From the NCBI GenBank assembly GCA_963833025.1, contig CAWHWI010000003.1, positions 281,010-345,009 of the forward strand: 64,000 nucleotides of DNA, written 5' to 3'. The position numbers and the translations under genes were made by a program. The notes beneath the pieces were generated by a model. It saw only the letters and a list, made by a program, of their open reading frames with translations. It had not been told where the DNA came from and ran no database searches. Shown piece after piece: positions 27,809 to 37,742 of the stretch. This DNA is from an uncultured delta proteobacterium. GTDB taxonomy: Bacteria > Desulfobacterota > Binatia > Binatales > Binataceae. Numbering within the stretch: the first letter of the stretch is position 1; the number at the start of each line of letters is the position of its first letter.

Positions 27809-29610
27809 CGCCGCGGCAACATCGCTCCGAAGGGGAGCCGCGATTTCGCGCGTTGGAGCATGAAATTGCGGACTGCGCGGCGGGCTTCGTTGGTGCTCGA
27901 GCAGATCTGGGAACATCCCGCATTGATTAGTTCATCAGACTGCTCTTCCGCTGCGGGCCCGCCAGCAATGACCGTCACGCGAGCCGCGATCGCTCGCACC
28001 GCCGGCACCAGTTCCAGCGTGGCCGGCATACATTCGGCGGTCATGCACGAGATGAAGACGAAGTCCGGCGTGAACCGCTTGACCAGCTCGCAAATCTCGA
28101 CCTGCGATTTGTCTTCGCCGGCAAAGGTTGCCACTACGCCCTCTTTGCGCAGCAGCTCGAGCAGCATCAGCAAGCCGAGATAGTGCACTTCGCCGGGCGC
28201 CATCACGCCGAGCACTCTCACGCTCGGCGAGACCAGCGATTTTGCAAACCGGTTGCCGAGCTCGGCGATCAGCTGATGCGTTGTATCGATAATCAACCGC
28301 TGATTCTCATCGCTGATATGGTCCTCCGCACGCTCTTCGCCCATCAGCACCAGCGCCGGCGTAATCACCTCGTCGAAGGTCCGCTCCAGGCCGTTCTCAT
28401 CGCAATAAGCGATCGCGACATCGCGGGCGCCGTCCGGGTTGAGCTCAAGCAACATACGGTAGAAGTCGTGGTAGTCGTCAAGCACGCGGTCCGCCCCAAG
28501 CAGAATCGAGAGGAACGCCAGCGGTGGAATGAAGTCTCCGGCAACCTTCAGGCAAGCGGTCAAAGGGGTCGAAAGCAGCAGTCCCGGAATTCCCCACAGC
28601 CATGACCAGTACATCGCCGAAATCAGCAGCGCGACCGGCGAAACGTCGATTCCGTGGCCGATGATGAATGGCTCGGCAAATTGCGCCGCGATCTGATCGA
28701 TAATCACAAAGCCGCCAAGTATCTCGAGCGCCTTGCTCCACCCGGGAAACAGCGCAAAAGCGACCAGCGCCGGCAGAAGCGCCGAGCTCATCGCGCCTAC
28801 GTATGGAATGAACCGCAGCAGGAACGCGACCACGCCCCACAGCGGCGCGCTCGGCAATCCGAGAAACCAGGCTAGGGTTCCACAGGCGATGCCGTACACG
28901 AGATTGATCGTCGAAAAAAGCAACAGGTAACGGCCCACGGTGTAACCCGCGGTTTCTATCGCTTGCGCCGCGATCGGAACTCGCCCCAGCGCCGCGAGCC
29001 GGACGAATCGATCGCGCAAATCCTTGCGGCTGTACAGAAGGAAGAACAACAGCATCACGATCAGCAGCGTATTGATTATGCCATCGACAATTGGCTCAAT
29101 CGGTCTCAGGCTCTCGGTGAGCGAACTCGGAACCGGCACCGCCATCACTTCGCGCGTCTTGCGGGGCGCGGGTTCGGCGCTCGCCACGCGGCGCTGAACT
29201 TCGGTGACGGCATCCTTGATATGCTGGAGCCACGGCGGCGTGGTCTTTTCAAGCGCCGCCAGTTTGTTCCCGATATTATCCGAGTATCCAGCGACCTGGT
29301 CGGCGACACTAGTCAGTTCAACAGTCAGAAAGTAGCCAATCGCCGAGATAACGCCGACCGCAAGTATTACTACCAGCGCGACGCTGAGGAGACGCCCGAA
29401 GTAGCGCTCGAGGCGGGTTGCAACCGGACTGAACACGACGCTCAGGATGAGTGCAATCGCGAGCGGGAGCAGCACCGGTCGGGCGAAGTATAACGCGGCG
29501 GTCGCGATGATCAGTGCGCAAATCGGTACGGCAACCCACAGCAGCGCGAAGCTATCGTAACTTTCGCCGTATGCTTGCTCTATTTCCTTTTCGATTTCCG
29601 CCACTGTCAC
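27766..29610 (-). CDS. AI-2E family (PerM/UPF0118) transporter fused to a C-terminal cobalamin-binding module (B12-binding_2 cap plus Rossmann-like B12-binding domain)
   Basis: The N-terminal ~400 aa form a polytopic membrane domain with AI-2E-like features. The C-terminal ~190 aa are …LERTFDEVITPALVLMGEE…RVLGVMAPGEVHYLGLLMLLELLRKEGVVATFAG…FISCMTAECMP…VIAGGPA. This is an ExHxxG…SxL…GG pattern, as in MetH/CarH/MerR-type B12-binding domains. Confidence 0.75.
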   Translation of the reverse strand: MTVAEIEKEIEQAYGESYDSFALLWVAVPICALIIATAALYFARPVLLPLAIALILSVVFSPVATRLERYFGRLLSVALVVILAVGVISAIGYFLTVELTSVADQVAGYSDNIGNKLAALEKTTPPWLQHIKDAVTEVQRRVASAEPAPRKTREVMAVPVPSSLTESLRPIEPIVDGIINTLLIVMLLFFLLYSRKDLRDRFVRLAALGRVPIAAQAIETAGYTVGRYLLLFSTINLVYGIACGTLAWFLGLPSAPLWGVVAFLLRFIPYVGAMSSALLPALVAFALFPGWSKALEILGGFVIIDQIAAQFAEPFIIGHGIDVSPVALLISAMYWSWLWGIPGLLLSTPLTACLKVAGDFIPPLAFLSILLGADRVLDDYHDFYRMLLELNPDGARDVAIAYCDENGLERTFDEVITPALVLMGEERAEDHISDENQRLIIDTTHQLIAELGNRFAKSLVSPSVRVLGVMAPGEVHYLGLLMLLELLRKEGVVATFAGEDKSQVEICELVKRFTPDFVFISCMTAECMPATLELVPAVRAIAARVTVIAGGPAAEEQSDELINAGCSQICSSTNEARRAVRNFMLQRAKSRLPFGAMLPRRYGRVSLPATEKAK

Positions 29611-29804
29611 TCACGCGGCATAGCCGAGTTTTAGCCGATGCAATGCGGCTTACAGCTATTTTATGCCACAACCGGCCGATGGGACCATGTTGAACTATAG
29701 TTGTGCCGCTCTCGAAACTCGCCTATTCCGCCCGCCATTCCGCACCTCGGCGTGCTCGCGGTAACCATTGCGGTGACCTCGGCGCAAGCCGACTGGTCTA
29801 GCTG

Positions 29805-30758
29805 TCAGCGCCGGAGCATCGGGATTACTTCCCGCGCGAACTGCTCGTGCTGCGCGTCACGCTCGGCCGGAGCGGAAATGATATCGACGTTGACGTCGCG
29901 AATTCCCGCCTTGACGAACTCATCGATTCGCGCCGCCACGTCCGCCGGCTTTCCCATCGCCGCGTAGCGCTTCGCCGGTTCGCGGAAATCCATCGCGTAG
30001 CGTTTGCTCAGATGCGTCGCCGCTACCTCGAGTGCAGCTTCGTAGCTCGTCCCAAGCGTCACGAACAGATGTAGCGCGGTGCCGAAATGCTCGAACTTGC
30101 GCCCCGCCTTTTCCGCCTCGCGCGCGATGAACTCGAGCCCCTCGCCGACCCGTTTCGGCGTGACGACATACGGCATCCATCCGTCGCCCAGTCGCGCGGC
30201 ACGCTTGAGCGCGGCTTCGGCGCGTCCGCCGACCCACACCGGCGGTCCGCCGGGAGTGCGAGGCTTCGGCAACATCGTGATTTTCCCGAAGCTGAAATAT
30301 TTGCCGCGGTACTCGACCGGTTCGCCGCTCCACAGCCGCTTGATTATTTCGATTGCCTCGTTCGCGCGCCCGCCGCGTTGCTTGAGCGGGATGCCGCACG
30401 CCTCGTACTCGGGCGGAAATTCGCCGCCGACTCCGACGCCGAAAATGAAACGCCCCGCGCCCATCAGACGGTCCACCGTCGCGACCATCTTCGCGACTGG
30501 AACGGGATGACGCAGCGGCAGCAGGTAGATGCTGGTGCCAAAAATCAGGCTCGGCTTGAGCGCGCACAGGTAGGTTAGCTGAGTCAGAGGATCGTCGATC
30601 GGTCCGGTGAACGCAACGTGATCTCCCGTCCAGATACTGTCGTAACCCCACTCCGACAGCGTGTTGACGGTCTTCAGCGCATGCTCGCGATCGGCGGCCG
30701 TCGCCATCGCGCCAAACCTGACTTTCGAATTCAGCGGCAGCACGTCGCTCATGTTCAC
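29805..30758 (-). CDS. LLM-class (luciferase-like) flavin/F420-dependent oxidoreductase
   Basis: 317 aa TIM-barrel LLM family (GTSIYLLPLRHPVPVAKMVATVDRLMGAGRFIFGVGVGG). Confidence 0.8.
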   Translation of the reverse strand: MNMSDVLPLNSKVRFGAMATAADREHALKTVNTLSEWGYDSIWTGDHVAFTGPIDDPLTQLTYLCALKPSLIFGTSIYLLPLRHPVPVAKMVATVDRLMGAGRFIFGVGVGGEFPPEYEACGIPLKQRGGRANEAIEIIKRLWSGEPVEYRGKYFSFGKITMLPKPRTPGGPPVWVGGRAEAALKRAARLGDGWMPYVVTPKRVGEGLEFIAREAEKAGRKFEHFGTALHLFVTLGTSYEAALEVAATHLSKRYAMDFREPAKRYAAMGKPADVAARIDEFVKAGIRDVNVDIISAPAERDAQHEQFAREVIPMLRR

Positions 30759-30773
30759 ACCTCTATCGCGTCC

Positions 30774-31559
30774 TCACACCGATCGCAGCACGCCGCCGTC
30801 GACGCGAATCAGCGAGCCCGTCACGTAAGCGGCCAGCGGACTCGCCAAAAATGCCGCGACCGCGCCGAATTCCGCAGTCGTGCCGATCCGGCCGACCGGT
30901 ATCGCCTGCGCACTCCGCTGGATTGCTTCCTCGACGGAAATTTTCTGGCGTTCCGCGGCGGCGCGGCTCAGCTGAATAGTGCGATCGGTCGCAATCGCGC
31001 CCGGCAAAAGTGTGTTGACCGTTATTCCGTCGCGCGCCGTCTCTGTCGCCAGCGTCTTGGCCCAGCCGACAATTGCGCTGCGCAACGTATTCGACACTCC
31101 GATCGCGGCGATCGGCTCGACCACGCTAGTCGAGGCCACATTCAGGATGCGGCCCCACTTTCGCGCGCGCATGTCGCCGATCAACAAATCCGTGATCCGA
31201 AAGAGCGGCAGGACCATCGCGTTGAACTGCTCCTCCCAGACTTTGGCCGACACACCGGCCACCCCCGACGGCGGCGGGCCGCCGGAATTGTTGAGCAGGA
31301 TGTCGATCGCTCCGAGCTGCTCGCGCGCCGCGTTGGCTGCCGCCTCGAGGCTCGGCCAATTCGCGAGGTCCGCCGCAAATCCCGCAGCCTTGGCGCCGCG
31401 CGACGTGATTTCCGAGACCGCGCGATCGAGCGCCTCCTGTCCGCGCGCAACCAGCGCCACCGCGACGCCCTCAGCCGCGAGCGCGTCGGCGACGCCGCGC
31501 CCGAGTCCCTTGCTGCCGCCAAGAATCAGCGCCGTTTTTTCCTTGAGTTGAAGATCCAT
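30774..31559 (-). CDS. SDR family oxidoreductase (FabG-like)
   Basis: Has GGSKGLG, NNSG and YxxxK motifs. Confidence 0.85.
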   Translation of the reverse strand: MDLQLKEKTALILGGSKGLGRGVADALAAEGVAVALVARGQEALDRAVSEITSRGAKAAGFAADLANWPSLEAAANAAREQLGAIDILLNNSGGPPPSGVAGVSAKVWEEQFNAMVLPLFRITDLLIGDMRARKWGRILNVASTSVVEPIAAIGVSNTLRSAIVGWAKTLATETARDGITVNTLLPGAIATDRTIQLSRAAAERQKISVEEAIQRSAQAIPVGRIGTTAEFGAVAAFLASPLAAYVTGSLIRVDGGVLRSV

Positions 31560-31585
31560 TTTTCACTTCACCAGGTCTTTGCTCG

Positions 31586-32146
31586 TTACGCATCCTGCTT
31601 GTGCGCGCCCGGCAGATAGTCGTCGAGCGGCACGCCGAAACTGTTGAGCGCCCACGACACCAGGTTGTACTGCCCGACGGTGAAAACCGCGTCCATCATC
31701 TGCTCGACGCTGTAGCGCTCGGACAACTGCTTCCAGGTCTCGTCCGAGACGACAGAGTTTTCGCGCAAGTCGTCGGCCGCCTGGATCAGCGCGGCGTCAT
31801 GTTTATTCCAGCCCGCCTTCGGTCCCTTGCTGATGCGATCGATCTCGTCGTCGGTGAGCCCGGCGCTCTTGCCGATTCGCACATGCTGCTCCCATTCGTA
31901 CGGAGCCTGGTTGAGCCATCCGATTCGCAGAATCAAAATCTCGCGGTCACGAGCCGGCAGCGATTGACCGCCCAAAATGTAGCCGGCAAAGCGCGACCAG
32001 CTTCGCGCCAGCTTTGGATTCTGCATCAACACTCTGAAGATGTTGACGACCTCGCCGTTGACCTTGTTGCGCTCGCCCATCTCGCGGTCCTCCGCGCTCA
32101 GGGTCGAAAAATCGCGGAATGGGATTCGTTGTTTTCTCGCAGTCAC
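31586..32146 (-). CDS. carboxymuconolactone decarboxylase (AhpD-like) family protein
   Basis: 186 aa helical CMD family (…PYEWEQHVRIGKSAGLTDDEI…). Confidence 0.75.
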   Translation of the reverse strand: MTARKQRIPFRDFSTLSAEDREMGERNKVNGEVVNIFRVLMQNPKLARSWSRFAGYILGGQSLPARDREILILRIGWLNQAPYEWEQHVRIGKSAGLTDDEIDRISKGPKAGWNKHDAALIQAADDLRENSVVSDETWKQLSERYSVEQMMDAVFTVGQYNLVSWALNSFGVPLDDYLPGAHKQDA

Positions 32147-32240
32147 AGGAGTTCCTCCGTCGTCGTTGTTGCGCGCGGGACAAACTGCTTCATGCGATCA
32201 GCTTTAATCCACAATCGAGATTTTCTCCAGCCGGGCAGCC

Positions 32241-33455
32241 TTGCACGACCGCACCGCGACGCGCCTAATGACTCCGGCGATGGAATCGTTTGATGTTGTG
32301 ATCGTCGGCGCCGGAGCGGCCGGCCTGATGTGCGCGATGACGGCCGGGAATCGCGGCCGGCGCGTGCTGCTGCTCGAGCATAACGATCAGGCGGGCGCCA
32401 AGATTCTCATTTCGGGCGGCGGCCGCTGCAATTTCACCAATCTTGAAATAGCGCCGGAGCGCTTTCTTTCCGCCAACCCGCATTTCTGCAAGTCTGCGCT
32501 GAGCCGCTACACGCAGCACGATTTTATCGCGCTCGTCGAACGCCATCGCATTCGCTATCACGAGAAAACGCTCGGCCAGTTGTTCTGTGACGGATCGGCG
32601 CGCGAGATCCTCGCGATGCTGCTGGCGGAGTGCGCCGCCGCCCGCGTCGATTTGCGCACGCAGCACAGAGTCAGCGAAATCACTCGCGCCGACCGCTTTC
32701 GCGTCGAGACCAACAGAGGCAGCTTCGACGCGACGGCGTTGGTGCTCGCGACCGGCGGCCTCTCGATTCCAAAGATGGGCGCGACCGGCTTCGCCTACGA
32801 AATGGCGCGACGCTTCGGCCTTGCGGTAATCGAACCGCGGCCGGGCCTGGTGCCGTTGAAAGTCACCGGCGAGACGCTCGAACTTTGCCAGGCTCTTGCC
32901 GGCGTTTCGGTGGACGCGATCGCCTCGTGCGGCCGCGAAAGTTTTCGCGAAAATATTCTGTTCACGCATCGCGGTCTGTCAGGCCCGGCCATCTTGCAGA
33001 TTTCTTCGTACTGGCATGAAGGCGACGAGATGTCGATCAACCTCGCACCTTCACTAGATATCGAAAGCTATCTCGCTGACCGAAAGCGCGCGCGGCCCAA
33101 GGCCGAATTGAAAACCGTGCTGGCCGAGATACTGCCGACGCGCCTCGCGCACGCTCTCGCCAGCGATGCGGCATCCAAACTTTCGATCGCGAATGTTCCG
33201 GACCGCGATCTTTCAGAACTGGCGACTCGGCTGAAACGCTGGCAGCTCAAACCGACCGGCTCCGAGGGATGGCCCAAAGCCGAGGTGACCGTCTGCGGAA
33301 TCGAGACCACGGCGCTGTCTTCGAAGACGATGGAGGCCCGCGCCGTGCCCGGTCTGTTCGTCATCGGCGAAGCGGTGGACGTGACGGGATGGCTAGGCGG
33401 CTACAATTTCCAATGGGCGTGGTCAAGCGGATGGTGCGCGGGCAATGCAGTGTGA
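32241..33455 (+). CDS. NAD(P)/FAD-dependent oxidoreductase, HI0933/aminoacetone-oxidase-like family
   Basis: Has DVVIVGAGAAGLMCA, ISGGGRCNFTN and C-terminal GEAVDVTGWLGGYNFQWA motifs. Confidence 0.8.
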   Translation: MHDRTATRLMTPAMESFDVVIVGAGAAGLMCAMTAGNRGRRVLLLEHNDQAGAKILISGGGRCNFTNLEIAPERFLSANPHFCKSALSRYTQHDFIALVERHRIRYHEKTLGQLFCDGSAREILAMLLAECAAARVDLRTQHRVSEITRADRFRVETNRGSFDATALVLATGGLSIPKMGATGFAYEMARRFGLAVIEPRPGLVPLKVTGETLELCQALAGVSVDAIASCGRESFRENILFTHRGLSGPAILQISSYWHEGDEMSINLAPSLDIESYLADRKRARPKAELKTVLAEILPTRLAHALASDAASKLSIANVPDRDLSELATRLKRWQLKPTGSEGWPKAEVTVCGIETTALSSKTMEARAVPGLFVIGEAVDVTGWLGGYNFQWAWSSGWCAGNAV

Positions 33456-33628
33456 ATTCGTCAACCTCCTCGGCGCTCGTTCAATTCGGATTTCAGCCCG
33501 GGCTTGAGATGAACTTTTCAGCCTGAACCCGCCGGACCTTTTGTGTTACTGTAGGATGTGAGTCAAGCTGCCTCATACTCGCCCAGCTCCACCAGTCTCT
33601 CTTCCCACGCCTCTCTCAAAAAAATCCA

Positions 33629-33706
33629 GTCCCCCTTCCCGCGCGTGAAGGGCTCTCTCTCATCCGGTCCCCCTTCCCGCAGCGGGAAGGGGTTAGGGGT
33701 TAGGTT
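33629..33706. repeat. intergenic hairpin plus GGGGTTAGGGGTTAGG telomere-like tract; second locus of the same family
   Basis: Two GC hairpins (cccttcccgcgcgtgaaggg; cccttcccgc-a-gcgggaaggg) are followed by ggttaggggttagg. It lies between convergent genes, as at 13274-13434. Confidence 0.65.
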
Positions 33707-33883
33707 CCTTGGAAGCAAAAACTAATTTTGACGGAACGAAACTACCCTTGGTGGTAGGCCATCCAGAGACCACAACCTATGGTATGAAATTGCCGTTTCG
33801 GCTGGATTCGATGAGTCAGAAGTGCGCCCGTACCCGTCCAAATTCCTGGGCATTGGCGCATTCCATTGACTGATTTTGACGTT

Positions 33884-36262
33884 TCAATCGCGCGCGCCCT
33901 GGGACTCTTCGAGCACGCCTTCAGCGACCAGTCTCGACACTTCCGCATCCTCCATCTTGAGAAACGCCCGGCAGATTTCGCGCGTGTGCTCGCCGAGCGC
34001 GGGCGCCGGCGCGACGCGCGGCTCGGGAATCGAGGTCGCGTGAAAAGCCGGCCCCTCGAACATCATCACGCCCACTCCGGGCTGCTCCACTGGTTGAGGA
34101 TAGCCGCGCGCCAGCAGATGCGGGTCGTCAGGCATATCGCTCGCATACATCATGAACCCGGCCGGCACGCCGGCCCGCTGCAGTATCTCCGTTACTTCGC
34201 GATCGCTGCGCGCGGAGGTCCACTCAGTCACGCGTCGATCGAGTTCCGCGCGCGCTTCGATTCGCCCGCGCGCAGTTTCGTATTCGCGCGCACGCGCCCA
34301 GTCCGGATCGCCGAGCGCGGCACGAAATTTACGCCAATCGTCATCGCTGCGAACTGTGATTGCGCACCATCGCTCGATGCCGGCGCATGGGTAAACGCCC
34401 CACGGCGCGCCTCGATCACTTTGATTGCCTTGCGGCTGGACGGCGCTCGGCTCGAGCGACGCCTTGAGCATCAGATCTGCCAGCAGGCCGATAATCACTT
34501 CGACCTGCGCCACTTCCAGGTGGCTGCCGACGCCTCGACTCTCGCGCGCGAGCACCGTGGCGATCGCTCCCAGAGCCAGCACGCGGCCGGCGAGGTGATC
34601 CGGATGAATCGCGCCCGACCCGGGCGGCATCCCGCCTTCCGGAAAGTTCCACAGCCAGCTCATCGCGCCGGCGGTGCGGCTATTCGGCCCGAAACCGATC
34701 CAATCTTTCCACGGACCGCTCGCGCCCATGAGTTGGCTCGAAGCGAACACGATGCGCGGGTTAATTTCGCGCATCTGCTGATACCCCAGGCCCATTTTTT
34801 CCATCGTGCCGGTGGCGCTGTTCTCGATGACCACGTCCGAGACGGCGACGAGTCGTTTGATGATCTCGAGGCCCCGCGCGGTGCGCAGGTTGATGCCGAA
34901 GCTTCGCTTGCATCGGCTCGACGAGGCGAACGACGGATTCATTTCCGTGCCATATATCGCGCGGATGAAGTCGGGGTGCGCGCGCGTCTCGATTTTGATT
35001 ACGTCCGCGCCGTACTCGGCGAACAGCCGTCCCGCTTCGACGCCGACGCCACCGATTCCGAAGTCCAGCACGCGCAGTCCGCTGAATGGATATCGGCGCT
35101 GCGCGGAGTTTCCAGGCGGCGCCACCTTTGCGATCGGTGCGATCGTGTCGCGATCGTGCTCGCCGATGGCGGGAGCACGGCCCGTGAAGCCGAGCCGCCG
35201 TCCGTCGAGGATGAAGAAGCCGTCGGCGACAGGGCCGCGCACGCCGTCCGCCGCTTCGGAATCGCGAAAAGTCTTGCGCGCCGCGAAATGATCCGCCGCG
35301 AGCACTTCGTCAGGACTCAGCACCGGCGTCATCGCGAGGCCGCGCCGCTGCGCCTCGCGCGACAGCTCGAGCCGGGTCTTGTCCTTGAAGAAATCCGCAA
35401 ACATAGGATCGAGGATGTCCGCCTGGATCGAAATCCGCGCCAGCAGATAGTCGAAGTGGTCGGCCTGCAGGACCTGCGGTTCGCCGAGCCACGCGCGCAT
35501 CGCGCGCCACTGCCGCGGACTCACGATGATCAAGCGGACGTAGCCGTCGGCGCATCGGTACATCGTGTAGAGCGGCGCGTTGCCGCTACGAAGTTCGAAG
35601 TATGTGCCGCCGTGGGCTTTCGTCGCGCTGAAGTTCGGCAGCGCCCAATCGGAAGTCTGCGCCGCCGCTTCCATCACGGAGACATCGAGATGCTGCCCGC
35701 GTCCCGTCTTCGCGCGATCCCACAGCGCCGCGACCGTGGCGAACGCCGCCGTAGTGCCCGCGATGTCGGATGCGAGCGCGCCCGGCGGCAGCAGCGGCGG
35801 CTTGCCCGGCACGCCCGATCGAAAGAGCAATCCGGACATCGCAACGAGGACAGCATCGGTCGCCTCGAAGTTGCGATACGGCCCCGACAGTCCGAATGGA
35901 GTGATCGACGTGATGATAAGTGAAGGATGACGTTCGACCACCTCGCGACGCTCAAGATCATCGGCGCGATGCGACTCGATCCACACGTCAGCGGCGTCAA
36001 GCAGACCGTCGAGTCGTCGACGCCCCTCGTCAGTTCCAATGTCGAGCGTGACGCTTTTCTTGCCGAGATTGCGCGCCGCGAAGTACAGGCTGGTCGCTCC
36101 ATGAAATGGCGGGATTGCGCGTGACGCAGCTCCGCCCGGCGGCTCGACGCGGATCACTTCGGCGCCGAGGTCGGCGAGCAGCCGGCCGCATAGCTCGCCG
36201 TATTCATCCGCGTGATCGATCACGCGGATGCCGGCCAGCGGACGCTCAGGTTGCGACGCCAT
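33884..36262 (-). CDS. tandem-duplicated CoA-transferase family III (CaiB/BaiF) fusion protein
   Basis: 792 aa with two complete CaiB/BaiF domains (GIRVIDHADEYGELCGRLLADLGAEVIRVEPPGG…; GLRVLDFGIGGVGVEAGRLFAEYGADVIKIE…). Confidence 0.8.
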   Translation of the reverse strand: MASQPERPLAGIRVIDHADEYGELCGRLLADLGAEVIRVEPPGGAASRAIPPFHGATSLYFAARNLGKKSVTLDIGTDEGRRRLDGLLDAADVWIESHRADDLERREVVERHPSLIITSITPFGLSGPYRNFEATDAVLVAMSGLLFRSGVPGKPPLLPPGALASDIAGTTAAFATVAALWDRAKTGRGQHLDVSVMEAAAQTSDWALPNFSATKAHGGTYFELRSGNAPLYTMYRCADGYVRLIIVSPRQWRAMRAWLGEPQVLQADHFDYLLARISIQADILDPMFADFFKDKTRLELSREAQRRGLAMTPVLSPDEVLAADHFAARKTFRDSEAADGVRGPVADGFFILDGRRLGFTGRAPAIGEHDRDTIAPIAKVAPPGNSAQRRYPFSGLRVLDFGIGGVGVEAGRLFAEYGADVIKIETRAHPDFIRAIYGTEMNPSFASSSRCKRSFGINLRTARGLEIIKRLVAVSDVVIENSATGTMEKMGLGYQQMREINPRIVFASSQLMGASGPWKDWIGFGPNSRTAGAMSWLWNFPEGGMPPGSGAIHPDHLAGRVLALGAIATVLARESRGVGSHLEVAQVEVIIGLLADLMLKASLEPSAVQPQGNQSDRGAPWGVYPCAGIERWCAITVRSDDDWRKFRAALGDPDWARAREYETARGRIEARAELDRRVTEWTSARSDREVTEILQRAGVPAGFMMYASDMPDDPHLLARGYPQPVEQPGVGVMMFEGPAFHATSIPEPRVAPAPALGEHTREICRAFLKMEDAEVSRLVAEGVLEESQGARD

Positions 36263-36284
36263 TTGGACGCCTGCGCGGACTCGG

Positions 36285-37550
36285 TCAGGCGGCTTTACGC
36301 GCGCTCGGCGTCAGCCGGACCGGCAGATGCTTCAGCCCGTTGATAAAGTTCGAGCGCAATCGTTTCACCGCGCCAGTCCGCTCGACCGACGCAACCCGCT
36401 TCACGAGCTCTTCGAACAGGATGCTCATTTCCATCCGCGCCAGGCTTGCGCCCAGGCAGAAGTGCGGCCCGCCGCCGCCGAACGCGACGTGCTGGTTGGG
36501 CGTGCGCCTGATGTTGAAGACGAACGGGTCGGGAAAAATGTCCTCGTCGCGATTCGCCGAGATGTACCAGATGCTGACCTTGTCGCCCGCCTTGAATTTT
36601 TGCCCGCGCAGCACCGTGTCGCGCGTAACGTTGCGGCGGAAGAACATCACCGGCGACGCCCAGCGCAGGATTTCCTCCGTGGCGGACGTCACCAGCGCCG
36701 GATTTTCCACGAGCATCGCGAACTGCTCCGGATGCTCGATCAACGCATGCATCCCGTGCGACATCGCGTTGCGCGTCGTCTCGTTTCCGGCCACCGCGAG
36801 CAGCAGGAAGAACACATTGAAGTCCATCTCGGAGAGCGTGTCGCCGTTGGCATCCGGTTTGAGTAAGGTTGTGACGATATCGTCGCGGGGATGCTCGCGC
36901 CGCTGCTTCGCCAGCTCGTTCGAGTACATGTACATCTCGATCGCGGCCTGCTGGACCTTCTCCTGGCTGACCGCGTATTCGGGATCCTTGCTGCCGATCA
37001 TCCGGTTGCTCCATTCGAAGAGCTTGTGCCGATCTTCGTACGGCACGCCCAGCATCTCGGCGATCACCTGCAGCGGAAGCTCGGCTGCGACGTCGGTTAC
37101 GAAATCGCAATCGCGTTTTTCGATCGCCGGATCGAGAATTTTCGTCACCATCGCCCGGATGTGAGTGCTGAGCGCGTTGATCATGCGCGGCGTGAATCCG
37201 CGATTCACCAGCGAGCGGTACCGCGTGTGATCGGGCGCGTCCATCGTGAGCATCATGCGGCCCTGCGCCGACAGATCGGCCGCCGCGTCGACGTCCTCGA
37301 GCGCGACCACGCCGCCGCGCGACTGCTCGGACGAGTAAGTGACACCGTCGCGGCCCACTTCGACGACGTCGTCGTAACGCGTGATGACCCAAAAGCCGGG
37401 ACCGCCCGGCTCGTGATGCCTGAAGATGGGCGCGTTGTGCCGCAGGTAGGTGAACCACTCGTGCGGAACCTTGTTTTCGAAGACGAGTGGGTCAAGCAGA
37501 TTGATCTCGCGGACGTCCACAGCGGATTCCTCCCGGAAGCAAATCACCAA
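36285..37550 (-). CDS. cytochrome P450
   Basis: 421 aa with FGGGPHFCLGASLAR heme-binding loop, EELLRW and AGNETT motifs. Confidence 0.85.
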   Translation of the reverse strand: MVICFREESAVDVREINLLDPLVFENKVPHEWFTYLRHNAPIFRHHEPGGPGFWVITRYDDVVEVGRDGVTYSSEQSRGGVVALEDVDAAADLSAQGRMMLTMDAPDHTRYRSLVNRGFTPRMINALSTHIRAMVTKILDPAIEKRDCDFVTDVAAELPLQVIAEMLGVPYEDRHKLFEWSNRMIGSKDPEYAVSQEKVQQAAIEMYMYSNELAKQRREHPRDDIVTTLLKPDANGDTLSEMDFNVFFLLLAVAGNETTRNAMSHGMHALIEHPEQFAMLVENPALVTSATEEILRWASPVMFFRRNVTRDTVLRGQKFKAGDKVSIWYISANRDEDIFPDPFVFNIRRTPNQHVAFGGGGPHFCLGASLARMEMSILFEELVKRVASVERTGAVKRLRSNFINGLKHLPVRLTPSARKAA

Positions 37551-37742
37551 AATAGAATGGGTTCTAATTTACCAAGAGTCGGGCCGCGTGCGTCAATCGT
37601 AAGGGAACGAACGGCCGCTGGCGCGTCGTTCTCGCAGGCACCGCATGCAACGTATCCACTGCATTTGGTCGTTCCCTTCCAGCCGCTAAGTAATCTAACA
37701 TCACACTGGAATTGTGGTTCGATTAGGTCCGGGGAGGTCTCG

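Noticed and set aside
33866-35923. 685-aa plus-strand ORF
   Set aside because: It is antisense to the well-supported double CaiB gene. It is Arg/Ala-rich, typical of spurious antisense ORFs in high-GC DNA.
36295-37458. 387-aa minus-strand Arg-rich ORF overlapping the P450
   Set aside because: It is an alternative frame of the P450 gene with extreme Arg/Gly content and no recognisable domain.
36891-37742. 5' extension of listed 899-aa ORF 36891..39590
   Set aside because: It is antisense to the P450 gene and shows no membrane-protein character. The MFS gene starts at ATG 37743.
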